Positions 19,584 to 28,883 of a DNA stretch of 64,000 nt are shown here, in pieces. The notes beneath the pieces were generated by a model that saw only the letters and a program-made list of their open reading frames with translations, ran no database searches and was not told the origin of the DNA. Made by a program: the position numbers and the translations under genes. Source of the stretch: an uncultured virus (IMG/VR IMGVR_UViG_3300042914_003341) (taxonomy: Duplodnaviria; Heunggongvirae; Uroviricota; Caudoviricetes); the IMG/VR virus record IMGVR_UViG_3300042914_003341; one strand, given 5' to 3'. Positions within the stretch are counted from its first letter, which is position 1. Each line of letters begins with the position of its first letter.

Positions 19584-19970
19584 TCAGCGATAGGTGTCGC
19601 GCACGTAGAGATTCAGTGGCAAAACCGTGCTGTTCATGAATTCTCTGTGCGCGGTTTCCAGTGTGGTACGTACCAGAGCATACGAAGGATAATTCGTCTC
19701 GCGTGTATATTCTGGGTTGCAGCACAGGGCAAGCAGACAATCCGAAATCAGATCTGAAAATCGATAGCCGTTGATAGTATCACCAACAGAGCGGTTGCAC
19801 TTGTTGGCGAAAACCTGATTCACGACCTTGCTGAGAAGACCCTTCGCGCCAACAGAAGCCTTCACGTTTTCGTCGAGCAAAACCTCCAAGAAAACATCGA
19901 GGTCAACGAAAGTCGCCGTGGCGATTCTGTTGTTGATGGCGCGATCAAGAGCGTTGGTGCACTGGTTCAT
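19584..19970 (-). CDS. Hypothetical protein
   Basis: ORF behind promoter at ~20010. Confidence 0.65.
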   Translation of the reverse strand: MNQCTNALDRAINNRIATATFVDLDVFLEVLLDENVKASVGAKGLLSKVVNQVFANKCNRSVGDTINGYRFSDLISDCLLALCCNPEYTRETNYPSYALVRTTLETAHREFMNSTVLPLNLYVRDTYR

Positions 19971-20034
19971 GGCGTTGGTTCCTTCATGTTGTGTCGAGGA
20001 GATGAATGGACCTTAGCAGACAGATCAAACACTG

Positions 20035-20364
20035 TCAAGGTGCAATGCGCCGGGGCTTGAGCCCGGTGTATTCGATCCTTGCGCACTCGAAATCTGCCAG
20101 ATCTGTGTTTGCGCGATGAAACTTCGCACCGCGCAGGTTGCTGTTACGAAAAGAACAGCCAGCAAGATTGGCAAAAGTAAAGTCGCAGTGGTTTGCATCG
20201 GCGTTCGTAAAGTCAGCCCCAAGCAAATATTTCGCAGCAAAGCTATGGCCGGTCAGATCGCATCCGACAAAACTAGCACGAGCACCAGCCTCTCCGGCAG
20301 TTTCAAGCCACGTTGTGTGGTCTTGGAGCTTCTTCGCGAATTCCCTCTCGGTCAGCTTGATCAT
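20035..20364 (-). CDS. Pentapeptide repeat protein
   Basis: LQDHTTWL..GARASF, then ADFTN/ANLAG/SNLRG repeats. Confidence 0.85.
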   Translation of the reverse strand: MIKLTEREFAKKLQDHTTWLETAGEAGARASFVGCDLTGHSFAAKYLLGADFTNADANHCDFTFANLAGCSFRNSNLRGAKFHRANTDLADFECARIEYTGLKPRRIAP

Positions 20365-20433
20365 GTTGCTTTGTCCTCCAGTGTTGCTGCGTGGTCAGAC
20401 CTTAGCAGTTCAGAGTGTGTCTGTCAAGGCGCC

Positions 20434-20676
20434 TCAGACGTTCTTGTCGAGCTCATTGATCACGGCTTTCCAGAGCTCTGGATTGTCGTAGGTATATTGG
20501 TCTGAGTGCCCAGCACACCATATCTCAACCACCCATGATTTTGCAGCAGAATCAATCCATGACTGAATCTTTGTTAGTGGATCTCTTGGGATCCTGATGT
20601 GAAGGATCCCATTGATTCTTATTCTGATGCTGACGATATCAGCTTCGCAGGTTACTTTGTTCTCTTGTTTAGCCAT
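20434..20676 (-). CDS. Hypothetical protein
   Basis: Minus-strand ORF behind promoter at ~20684. Confidence 0.6.
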   Translation of the reverse strand: MAKQENKVTCEADIVSIRIRINGILHIRIPRDPLTKIQSWIDSAAKSWVVEIWCAGHSDQYTYDNPELWKAVINELDKNV

Positions 20677-20708
20677 CAGCTAGAGATTAGCAACTGGAAT
20701 GGCTGACG

Positions 20709-21011
20709 TCAAGGAGAGGTTTGACGCTTGTTCTTGCAGAAGTTCCTGTCTCTGCTAGCTTCGGCCATTGGAGAATCAAATCCCATCTTGTTGACCCAGC
20801 GCAGTAGCTCAGCAACAGCACCGCGAACTTCAGTGCGATCATTGACGTGGATTGGCTGGTGAAACGTCTTTGGGTCTGTCGAGGTTTCGCCGTGAAACCT
20901 CACAAAGACATTCCATCCGCCCTTCACCTTGTCTGGTCGGACATTGACAAACCAAGTCAGACCATTGGCATCCTTGTCAGATCGCCGCGATTCCTTGTTG
21001 GTGTTCTTCAT
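20709..21011 (-). CDS. Hypothetical protein
   Basis: Minus-strand ORF within the array. Confidence 0.65.
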   Translation of the reverse strand: MKNTNKESRRSDKDANGLTWFVNVRPDKVKGGWNVFVRFHGETSTDPKTFHQPIHVNDRTEVRGAVAELLRWVNKMGFDSPMAEASRDRNFCKNKRQTSP

Positions 21012-21026
21012 GGCAAACCACTTCTT

Positions 21027-21383
21027 TCAGTGAATCAGTTGAAAACTCAGGCCGCACTCAGAATCCCAGCCAGGATTCCAGACGGAATCATTCCAATTGC
21101 CTAGGTGGTTGTAGTTGGGATATTCCCAGCAATCCTCCACGAGAATGTAATCGCTGGGACGCTTGCGCAGGAGATTCATGAAAACATCCACGTCATCGCC
21201 ATACCAAAGCACCTCCGAGAGATAGAAGCAGCGATTACCAGAACTATCCACCTCGGTGTCATCGCTGTTCTTTTCCAGGATGTTCAGAACCCGGGAAACA
21301 GCTTCGTTGTTGATTGCATCAAAGGCAAGATCCCGGTGAAGGCCAGCCTTGATCGCGAGAAAGACGCTGCTGGGGGTGCTCAT
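21027..21383 (-). CDS. Hypothetical protein, paralog of 12644-13021
   Basis: See 12644-13021. Confidence 0.75.
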   Translation of the reverse strand: MSTPSSVFLAIKAGLHRDLAFDAINNEAVSRVLNILEKNSDDTEVDSSGNRCFYLSEVLWYGDDVDVFMNLLRKRPSDYILVEDCWEYPNYNHLGNWNDSVWNPGWDSECGLSFQLIH

Positions 21384-21460
21384 GATGACGTGCTCCGTAT
21401 GGGTTGGTTGGTCTGTGATGTTTAGACTCTAGCAGATGGGCGGGAGGTTGTCAAGGGAGG

Positions 21461-22012
21461 TCAGTCGACCTTGACACCAAACTTCTTGCAAACGACAGTG
21501 AGAATGTCGCGTCGATCCTTTTCCGGAAGAATCTTCATGGCATCGATCAGCTTGGATGCGATATCAAACTTGAAAGCAAAATCATGCTTCTCGGTTTGAT
21601 CATCGGTTGGCTTCGCGGAATCGGCCTTCCACCCGGGGCCGCGTTCATCAGTCCGCACGAACTTTCCAGCAACAATTGCCCAGCATGGATCAAATTTGAT
21701 CCCAGCGGTGAACGAACCTAGGACGTCAACGCCACACAAGTTTGCCCCGCGCAAATCCACATTCCGCAGGTCGCACCCAGTGAGGTCTGCGTCTTGCATG
21801 CAAGCGCCACGGAAATCAGCACCATACAGATTGCAACCTTGAAAACGCGCTCTAGACAAGCTGGCATCAGAAAGATTGACGTCTTTGAGGATCCGGTAAG
21901 ACAAGTCACAATCATCAAGAATTGCTAGCGCTCCGCGATAACTTGCAGACTCGATCCAGAGTTTGTGTTGTGCCAGAGCTGCAAACAGTGATTCATTGCC
22001 GGTATACTTCAT
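21461..22012 (-). CDS. Pentapeptide repeat protein
   Basis: LAQHKLWI.., CDLSY, VNLSD, ASLSR, CNLYG, ADFRG, ADLTG, ANLCG. Confidence 0.85.
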   Translation of the reverse strand: MKYTGNESLFAALAQHKLWIESASYRGALAILDDCDLSYRILKDVNLSDASLSRARFQGCNLYGADFRGACMQDADLTGCDLRNVDLRGANLCGVDVLGSFTAGIKFDPCWAIVAGKFVRTDERGPGWKADSAKPTDDQTEKHDFAFKFDIASKLIDAMKILPEKDRRDILTVVCKKFGVKVD

Positions 22013-22091
22013 AGTTTGTTCCTTGTGTTGTGGTGATGGGATGAGTCAGACTTTATCAGATGGTTGAGAGGTTGTCAAGTGACAGGTGTGC

Positions 22092-22427
22092 TCACTCAGG
22101 GATTTTGACAACTTTGCCTGTGATCTTGTCTCGTAGTTCACACTGATCGGATGCAACGAGCCATATCGTAGCCAATCCTCTGCGAACGATCTGGGATGGT
22201 TCAGAGGTTTTGATCGTACGGCCAATCATGTGCAAATCCTCCCATCCTTTATTTGAGAAGAGAAAGTGACACGTGTGTAGCGTTCCTTCTGAGGCATAGC
22301 CGTCATCAGTTTCTTGAGGCAAAGATTGATCAGTGTCGGGCTTGTTGTTGTTTGCACCTTCGCTGCCAAATGTTCGCCGCAAGAATTCAAGTGCGATATC
22401 AGAGTTCAGACGTCTAGGTTTTGGCAA
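22092..22427 (-). CDS. Hypothetical protein
   Basis: Minus-strand ORF within the array. Confidence 0.55.
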   Translation of the reverse strand: MPKPRRLNSDIALEFLRRTFGSEGANNNKPDTDQSLPQETDDGYASEGTLHTCHFLFSNKGWEDLHMIGRTIKTSEPSQIVRRGLATIWLVASDQCELRDKITGKVVKIPE

Positions 22428-22435
22428 TTAGTTCC

Positions 22436-22837
22436 TCATTCCTTCCATTCGATCATCTTGGCGCTGCGTGCAGAAACAATCGCAAGCCATGCAGTGTCTT
22501 GCGGCGAAACCTTGACTGTGTAAACAACACGTGTTCGTTCCTTGACACTGACGTCACGCTCGACTTCCACATAGAAGGCGCGCAAATAATCGCCAAGTAA
22601 ATCTTCGTTGCTCGGGAGCTGCGAAAACTCAATGCGCATTGCAGAGTAAATCGGCCCGGGACACCATTCGCGACGCGTTGGGATATTTCTGATAAAATCG
22701 ATGTGATTTCCAGTGAGCGCACCGCGAAAATCACATCGATTGTGCAGACGATCCTCCAGCAAACTTCGGCGATAGCCGGAGGAAAGGAATCGATCCTCAA
22801 GGAGTGTCAGGGTCGGGTCATTGGTGTCTGTCGTCAT
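22436..22837 (-). CDS. Hypothetical protein
   Basis: Start refined to MTTDTN behind promoter at ~22845. Confidence 0.6.
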   Translation of the reverse strand: MTTDTNDPTLTLLEDRFLSSGYRRSLLEDRLHNRCDFRGALTGNHIDFIRNIPTRREWCPGPIYSAMRIEFSQLPSNEDLLGDYLRAFYVEVERDVSVKERTRVVYTVKVSPQDTAWLAIVSARSAKMIEWKE

Positions 22838-22884
22838 GGTGATCATCTTAGCGTGTAAGCGGAAGGTTGTCAAGTGCAAGGACA

Positions 22885-23679
22885 TCAGAGCGTGTAGTCC
22901 CGTGCCTCATCAAAAGTCAGGAAGAAATGAATGCCAGGAGCACATTCCACACGAATGTCATCACTGAAATCCTCCACTGAAACCTGCATGCCAATCTTGT
23001 AAGTGAAATTTGGCATCCAAAGAGAATGGAAATGCATCTTAAGCTTCACCTCAGTACCATTATGCGCATTGAAAGCACGAATAACCATTGCCTTGGAAGC
23101 ACGGCACTTCGTGCCCGTGCTGCTCACGCGACGAGCATCGGCCGGAATGAGCAATTCTAGCACATATTCATCGCATACCTTCTTGAAAGCTGTGAACGCT
23201 CCCTCTGCCGGAGGCCGCTGGAAATCAGGAAGATTCTGAATTCCGGAAAGATTGGCACTGGAAAGATCGGCACTGGAAAGATTGGCACTGGAAAGATTGG
23301 CACTGGAAAGATCGGCACTGGAAAGATCGGCACTGGAAAGATTGGCACTGGAAAGATTGGCACTGGAAAGATCGGCACTGGAAAGATCGGCACGGTAAAG
23401 ATTGGCACTGGAAAGATTGGCACTGGAAAGATTGGCACTGGAAAGATTGGCACTGGAAAGATCGGCACTGGAAAGATCGGCACAGTAAAGATTGGCACTG
23501 GAAAGATTGGCACTGGAAAGATTGGCGTCGGAAAGATCGACGTCGGAAAGATCGACGTCGGAAAGATCGGCACGGGTTCCTTCCTTTCCACATGCATGGA
23601 TCCAGCGCTGATGATCCTTGAGGATCTTCTGAAGTTCAGTGGGCAAAACAGAACGGAGAGTGATGTTGGAATTGCTCAT
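22885..23679 (-). CDS. Pentapeptide repeat protein with a C-terminal DUF5758-like domain
   Basis: ~22 A(D/N)LSS repeats; C-terminal FTAFKK..LLIPADARR..KCRASKA..CAPGIHFF. Confidence 0.9.
   Translation of the reverse strand: MSNSNITLRSVLPTELQKILKDHQRWIHACGKEGTRADLSDVDLSDVDLSDANLSSANLSSANLYCADLSSADLSSANLSSANLSSANLSSANLYRADLSSADLSSANLSSANLSSADLSSADLSSANLSSANLSSADLSSANLSGIQNLPDFQRPPAEGAFTAFKKVCDEYVLELLIPADARRVSSTGTKCRASKAMVIRAFNAHNGTEVKLKMHFHSLWMPNFTYKIGMQVSVEDFSDDIRVECAPGIHFFLTFDEARDYTL
23245..23573. repeat. 15-bp tandem repeat (ggaaagat[tc]ggcact), ~22 copies, encoding the pentapeptide repeats
   Basis: Directly visible near-identical units. Confidence 0.95.
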
Positions 23680-23752
23680 GGTGCTTGTTCCTTGGTGTGT
23701 CGAGGAGATGGATGGACCTTAGCAGTTGGTTGAGTCGATGTCAAGTGGGACG

Positions 23753-24091
23753 TCAAGTGTTCTCGGTGACACAGCGCCCATCTGAACTGATTAACACAGC
23801 GAAAACGCCATCATGGATTCCTTGATCTTCGCCACGACATTGTTTGTAGTAATCTCGCGCATTGGTTTCATTATCAAACAGTTTGAGAAACCAGGAGTCG
23901 TATGGCAACTCTGTGTCATCAAACTCTCCTGGTGGAAGACAGGAGATGATATGATCAATCCAAGATCTTGGATTGATCTTCATATTGTGTGAATATGAAG
24001 GCCATGAGCAATACACACCCCATTTTTTGTGGTGCAAACACACAGTCCCAACAAGATCATTTTCGTTGTCATAAAAGTTTTGGTTGTTCAT
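23753..24091 (-). CDS. Hypothetical protein
   Basis: Coupled to the upstream ORF (ATGA overlap). Confidence 0.65.
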   Translation of the reverse strand: MNNQNFYDNENDLVGTVCLHHKKWGVYCSWPSYSHNMKINPRSWIDHIISCLPPGEFDDTELPYDSWFLKLFDNETNARDYYKQCRGEDQGIHDGVFAVLISSDGRCVTENT

Positions 24092-24714
24092 TCGTTGTGC
24101 TTCTTTCGTTTCCGAAACTTTCGAGTAGTGTTTGCCGTCACATTGTGCAGCTTTGCTGACTGCGCGAGGTTCATCGCGAATGATTGCTTTATGAAAGCAA
24201 TCGCCTCTGGTTCTGTGTCAAAGCTAACGTAAAGCCGCAGTTCATTCCCAGCATTGGTGTCGACCTGGAAGTTCTTGCGCGAATACCTGTCATTGTGCTT
24301 CGGATTGATGCCATGCGAGTGATACAGATAATCAATCCGCGGCTTCAATCGCTTCTTGGTATCCTCTCGCAGCTCCCAGTGACTCCATGCACCAGGAAGC
24401 GGCTGGCCACCAAGTTCATTCAACATTGCTTCAGAAATCAGTTCGTAGATCTCCTTGGTGTATTCACCTTCACCAAGGAGATCACGACGGCTCCAGACAT
24501 ATTCCGGAACAACAACATCGCGCAACGCCTTTCCGTGCATCGGGCCAACACCACCGCGGATCAATTCACGGACCAACCAGCACCCCTTGCCATCATATTC
24601 GCGATGATAAGCTGTCATGACATAAACCCACAAACTCCTGGTGCGACCGGTACAGCTACGCTTCCAATAAGCAATGCCTGTCAGGTCTTTGGGGATGTTG
24701 CCATTGCTGCTCAT
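24088..24714 (-). CDS. Hypothetical protein
   Basis: 208-aa minus-strand ORF. Confidence 0.7.
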   Translation of the reverse strand: MSSNGNIPKDLTGIAYWKRSCTGRTRSLWVYVMTAYHREYDGKGCWLVRELIRGGVGPMHGKALRDVVVPEYVWSRRDLLGEGEYTKEIYELISEAMLNELGGQPLPGAWSHWELREDTKKRLKPRIDYLYHSHGINPKHNDRYSRKNFQVDTNAGNELRLYVSFDTEPEAIAFIKQSFAMNLAQSAKLHNVTANTTRKFRKRKKHNE

Positions 24715-24988
24715 AGGAGTTCCTCTAATATTCCCTGGCTAGTTTCATGGAGAGTTTTGCGGCGAAAACCTTGGAGCCTCAGAATCGATTATGTGATACC
24801 ATAATTGCGGCGCGCCACGTCATCCGATATCGCATCGTCAGAAATGGGTGCACGGCGCTTGAACCAGAACCAAGGCTGATCCCCGGGATTGTTTTCGATG
24901 CCACACATCTCCCAGCCATCGGCTTCGAGTTGCTTGATGTTCTTGGTAATTCCATGGCCATAAACGCGTTTGTGTTCACAGTTGTTAT

Positions 24989-25390
24989 TCATCGAGTTTT
25001 CATCACACTTTCTTCCAGATCTAAAGCCTTGAACTCGTACAGGCGCCTGAGTTGTCTGAATGATTCTGGGGATGGATCGCCGCCGAAAACCATGATGCTT
25101 TCGTTGACTGTACGGTTTGACGCCGCTAGCACCTTCAGCTCTGCATTGCTGAGAGCTTCTAGTGGGATCAGTGTACCAGAGCAACGGAACGATGTCAAGA
25201 GCGAGCCAGAGCACTTCTTGATGATATCCTCCAAGAGCAGAGGACAGTGCCCAGCAAGCCATTCACCAAAGAATGCTGGGCGTCTGCTGCCATCCCCTGC
25301 AACCATGACGGTGTGGTTGGTGTACAGCTTGGTGATGTTATAGACGTCGTTGTCGTGGAGAATGATCATGGAACAATCCAATATGCGCAC
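24989..25390 (-). CDS. Hypothetical protein
   Basis: Minus-strand ORF; start uncertain. Confidence 0.55.
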   Translation of the reverse strand: MRILDCSMIILHDNDVYNITKLYTNHTVMVAGDGSRRPAFFGEWLAGHCPLLLEDIIKKCSGSLLTSFRCSGTLIPLEALSNAELKVLAASNRTVNESIMVFGGDPSPESFRQLRRLYEFKALDLEESVMKTR

Positions 25391-25824
25391 TGTGGTAGCG
25401 CAGCCTTGAAGGTGTTGTATTGATTGATTATGTTTTGTACCCGCAATGCATCTGCATGTTGCGCAACTTTTCCAAGTTTAACTTTGAGCATGGCGTAGTG
25501 AAATTGTTCACGGAAATACGAGTCGGTTAGTTGTTCGTACGTTGGCTTTCCTTCGATAATGCTTGTCGTGATCAATGCAGAGGAAATGTCGGCCTTGGAA
25601 ATATCGGTCAGACACCATCTTGTATGTTGCAGCAAACACCCAACAAAGTTAGTACCGTCAACATTTGAACAAATGAACCTTGCCCCTCGCAAGTCCATGC
25701 CTGAGAGATCCAAGCCCGACAAGTCAACGTTGTCAAACAAAGGATCATAACCGCGACTATTGGCCCGACTGATCGCCTCGGCAACAGCATTTTTGTCAAG
25801 AATTCGCCGCATGACGCCCCTCAT
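25366..25824 (-). CDS. Pentapeptide repeat protein
   Basis: VDLSG LDLSG MDLRG ARFIC SNVDG TNFVG. Confidence 0.75.
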   Translation of the reverse strand: MRGVMRRILDKNAVAEAISRANSRGYDPLFDNVDLSGLDLSGMDLRGARFICSNVDGTNFVGCLLQHTRWCLTDISKADISSALITTSIIEGKPTYEQLTDSYFREQFHYAMLKVKLGKVAQHADALRVQNIINQYNTFKAALPQCAYWIVP

Positions 25825-26144
25825 CCTTCCTGATTCGATGGTACATTATCCAGAACAAACTCCCTGACAGTCCAGTCAGAGAGATCGACCACGTTCACAC
25901 GCTCCACCTTCCACTTTGCACAAAGAACTGCAAGTCGCTCCTGCAACACATGCAATGCATTGTGAGAATGAAGCTGTACACAAAGGAGCATATGGCCCTG
26001 TCCCACAGAGATATATTCGGCCGCAAACACCTCCATAAAATCACGAAGCATGTTTGCGGTGAGATACCCCGAAGGAATCCCATAGATCTGCTTTGCTGCC
26101 AGAAAACCACCCTTGCGAATGTTGGAAACAGTTGCGTTGCTCAT
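25821..26144 (-). CDS. Hypothetical protein
   Basis: Start refined to MSNATV behind promoter at 26191. Confidence 0.6.
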   Translation of the reverse strand: MSNATVSNIRKGGFLAAKQIYGIPSGYLTANMLRDFMEVFAAEYISVGQGHMLLCVQLHSHNALHVLQERLAVLCAKWKVERVNVVDLSDWTVREFVLDNVPSNQEG

Positions 26145-26253
26145 GACGTTGTCCTGCTCTTTCTTTCTGATTCGTGCTTGGGATGAATGAACCTTAGCAG
26201 ATGGCTGGGAGGTTGTCAAGCGCAAGCGACTAGTGCATCGTCAAGTGGCTGTT

Positions 26254-26736
26254 TCAGAGTAGCGGCTTGAGCGTGATGGTTGTCCACAAAGTAACTTGGC
26301 GCACCGGTTTCCAGAATTTGATATCCCAAGGCTGAAATACGGCATTTGTCAAATCGAGGTACATGTACCAGCATTTTTCTTCAAAACTTCGCTGGATACG
26401 CGTAGTCAGGCGACTGTATTCATTCCGTGAGTTGGTGCAACGAATATCTCCATCAACCAGCTCTGATCGCAGATATGGTAGCCTGAAATAATACATGTCG
26501 CTTTGCCCAGCGGCACACCTTTGGATGATGTGGTCCATTGACTCAATGATCTCTTCCTGAATCATCCGGAAACGTTTCTCGTGCATTTCCGGGTCAATGG
26601 TGTCACCATCCCTTGATGCCTTGATAGAATCGAGAAGTGCTAGCTTCTCGGAAACGTGCGGCACCTCGATTGGTTTTTGCGGCGAAATAATGATTGAACC
26701 ATCATTCTCGCGATATGGTGTCAATGCCTTGCTCAT
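26254..26736 (-). CDS. Hypothetical protein
   Basis: Start refined to MSKALT. Confidence 0.6.
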   Translation of the reverse strand: MSKALTPYRENDGSIIISPQKPIEVPHVSEKLALLDSIKASRDGDTIDPEMHEKRFRMIQEEIIESMDHIIQRCAAGQSDMYYFRLPYLRSELVDGDIRCTNSRNEYSRLTTRIQRSFEEKCWYMYLDLTNAVFQPWDIKFWKPVRQVTLWTTITLKPLL

Positions 26737-26737
26737 G

Positions 26738-27133
26738 TCATTCCTTGGGATTGAATTCAGATTCGTACACAAACTCAACGATTCGTGCTATCACAGCGCC
26801 AGTACGATCATAGTCGTCATCAATCCACGCTAGCACCAGGGCAGGATACTTTGCTGGGAGCTCCTCCGGAGAATTGATGCGAAAAACACTAGTGTCAACA
26901 CCCTGGTCTTCCCAGTAGGCAAACTGGTCCCACGCAGCGCTGTCGTTGGGATTTTCCTCAGCAAACTTGCTGACGTCTGAGATGAACGCAGTCTGGCCGC
27001 TCTCATCCTTCATTGGGAACTCAATCCCAAGAAAAGACTCAATCTCCTCCGGTGAGGTGTTGATGTTTGCGTCGAAGATTGCAACCATCTTTGCAACATA
27101 GTCTTCGTGGCTGTAACACAGGAAACGTTGCAT
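26738..27133 (-). CDS. Acidic hypothetical protein
   Basis: ORF behind promoter at ~27187. Confidence 0.7.
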   Translation of the reverse strand: MQRFLCYSHEDYVAKMVAIFDANINTSPEEIESFLGIEFPMKDESGQTAFISDVSKFAEENPNDSAAWDQFAYWEDQGVDTSVFRINSPEELPAKYPALVLAWIDDDYDRTGAVIARIVEFVYESEFNPKE

Positions 27134-27311
27134 GGCTGTGGTTATCCTTTTGTTGGTTAGTGTGAGGTGAGATGGTAGTGGTGGGATCCTAGCACGGTGC
27201 TAGGCGGCTGTCAAGTGACGTTGCTGATGATCGCTTCGTATTCTTCGTTGGATATGACGTGGCTCGTATAATCTGAGAGCAGCTTCACTCCATATACATT
27301 ATTCCTGTGAG

Positions 27312-27366
27312 TGCCCAGAGCCGGACTTGAACCGGCACGCCCGTTTGAATGGGCAAAACGTTGATT
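27312..27366 (-). pseudogene. 3' half of an interrupted class II tRNA (Leu-type)
   Basis: Long variable arm GCCC ATTCAAAC GGGC, T-arm GCCGG TTCAAGT CCGGC, acceptor 3' strand TCTGGGC-A. Confidence 0.8.
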
Positions 27367-27445
27367 TGGTGGCCCTTGTGGGATTCGAACCCACACTTTA
27401 AGAGGTTTTAAGTCTCCAGCCTACTTCCAATTGGGCTAAAGGGCC
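27367..27445 (-). tRNA. tRNA-Leu(TAA), short variable arm, encoded CCA
   Basis: GGCCCTT/AAGGGCC-A-CCA; anticodon loop CT TAA AA; T-arm GTGGG TTCGAAT CCCAC. Confidence 0.88.
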
Positions 27446-27497
27446 GTCGATTTGAAACAGCAAACACACAGTCTAGAAATATCTATACGTTTGCTAT

Positions 27498-28334
27498 ATG
27501 AGAAACAAACACAATAATAGTTGGGACGATGATCAATTAATTCTCGCAGTTTCGAAAAACGTTTCAATGGCCGGTACACTGAGGCAGCTTGGCTTGATAC
27601 CAAGCGGCGGCAATTACAAAACCTTAAACCGCGCAATAAAAAAACTCAATATTTCTACAAGCCATTGGACGGGAGCGGCACATCTGCGCGGAAAAACACA
27701 CAATTGGAACGTCTGTATCCCGCTGGAAGAAATATTGATAGAAAACAGCGAATATACTTGTATGCGTACATTGAAAAAACGATTGGTGCGTGCGGGCCTT
27801 ATGACATATGAATGCGCGATTTGCAATTTGCTTAGCTGGAACGGTCTTGAATTGGTTTTGCAACTTGATCATATCAATGGAATCAACAATGATCATCGGA
27901 TCGAAAATTTGCGTTTTTTGTGCCCAAACTGCCATTCTCAAACAGAAACGTTTGCAGGCAAAAACATAGGCAAAAATCCAGAATCGGCTATGCACAATCG
28001 CATCAAAAAAACAATACCCAATCTTTGCAAGATCGAAAAGCTTTGCAAGATCAAAAACCGATCACACCGTGCAGAAAAACAAAAACGAATTAATCGCTGT
28101 GGCAAATGCAACAAACCAATCGATAGGCGTTCTAAACACTGCGGGCTATGCAAAACAGATGATAAAATCATCTGGCCTTCCAATGAAGAACTAGCCGTTC
28201 TTGTGTGGAATGTGCCATGCGCACAGCTCGCTGTCGAACTGGGTGTTTCCGATAAAGCAATTGAAAAACGTTGCAAAAAATTTCAAATCGCAAAGCCGCC
28301 GCGGGGCTATTGGGCAAAACAAAGAGCCGTTTAG
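27498..28334 (+). CDS. HNH homing endonuclease
   Basis: CAICN..LQLDHINGINNDHRIENLRFLCPNCHSQT; C-terminal zinc finger and HTH (LAVELGVSDKAIEKRC..PPRGYW); AT-rich; only plus-strand gene. Confidence 0.92.
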   Translation: MRNKHNNSWDDDQLILAVSKNVSMAGTLRQLGLIPSGGNYKTLNRAIKKLNISTSHWTGAAHLRGKTHNWNVCIPLEEILIENSEYTCMRTLKKRLVRAGLMTYECAICNLLSWNGLELVLQLDHINGINNDHRIENLRFLCPNCHSQTETFAGKNIGKNPESAMHNRIKKTIPNLCKIEKLCKIKNRSHRAEKQKRINRCGKCNKPIDRRSKHCGLCKTDDKIIWPSNEELAVLVWNVPCAQLAVELGVSDKAIEKRCKKFQIAKPPRGYWAKQRAV

Positions 28335-28366
28335 TCCCCCGCGGCTGCCTATTACGCCATCTGGGC
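28330..28366 (-). pseudogene. 5' half of the interrupted class II tRNA (Leu-type)
   Basis: GCCCAGA TG GCG TAATAGGCAGC CGC G GGGGA CT..; GCCCAGA pairs perfectly with TCTGGGC at 27313-27319. Confidence 0.8.
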
Positions 28367-28883
28367 ATTGACCACCGAGAGGAGACTCGGTGTATGTGTT
28401 TAATACAAGAAGGTTTCTGTTCCTGGCACCGCCCTTTCCATTCGCTGTTGTTCGTCGGTGATCATCTTTATGAAAGGAGAAGCGTGGGTGATCACCGACC
28501 AGCCTTGCGTGTGTCTAACTGATGCTGAGTCTAGCAGGCTCGGAAACGCCTGTCAAGTTCAAGTCACTGATCAGAACACAGCTTGAACTTGATCTCGAAG
28601 CAATACTTCTTTTGTTTCTGAAAGAAAGGCAGGAACAGCCCGACTACGATATATAGTCGATCTTCATCAGAGGATGAGCTTTGTTTTCCAGATTCTCTGT
28701 ATGTCATCTTTCAGTTCAACTTCTTCTTGTCGATGGATGGAGGTTTCTTGGCATCTGCCAGCTTCTGTTTCTTCGCAACAATAGCACCTTTGAGCTCCTC
28801 AAGGATGATTGCCGCGATGCCTGTTGCCAGGGTAGAAACCAGGGTTTTGAGGAAAGTCTCTTTCATTCTTAGGGATTGGTTGG

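Noticed and set aside
23245..23573. 15-bp tandem repeat as a CRISPR or non-coding VNTR; alternative-frame ORFs (PIFPV)n and (SFQCQ)n
   Set aside because: There are no spacers, and the repeat encodes canonical A(D/N)LSS pentapeptides inside a protein with proper N- and C-terminal domains. The other frames are shadows.
27367..28334. Group I intron in the tRNA-Leu anticodon loop
   Set aside because: The insert is almost fully occupied by an antisense HNH ORF and a complete tRNA, leaving no room for a ribozyme core, and the 3' anticodon stem of the host tRNA has decayed.
28330..28366. Amber-suppressor tRNA (CTA) suggested by the sequence GGGGACTAAA
   Set aside because: By position, CT are loop bases 32-33 and the gene is broken immediately after them, so no complete anticodon arm exists.
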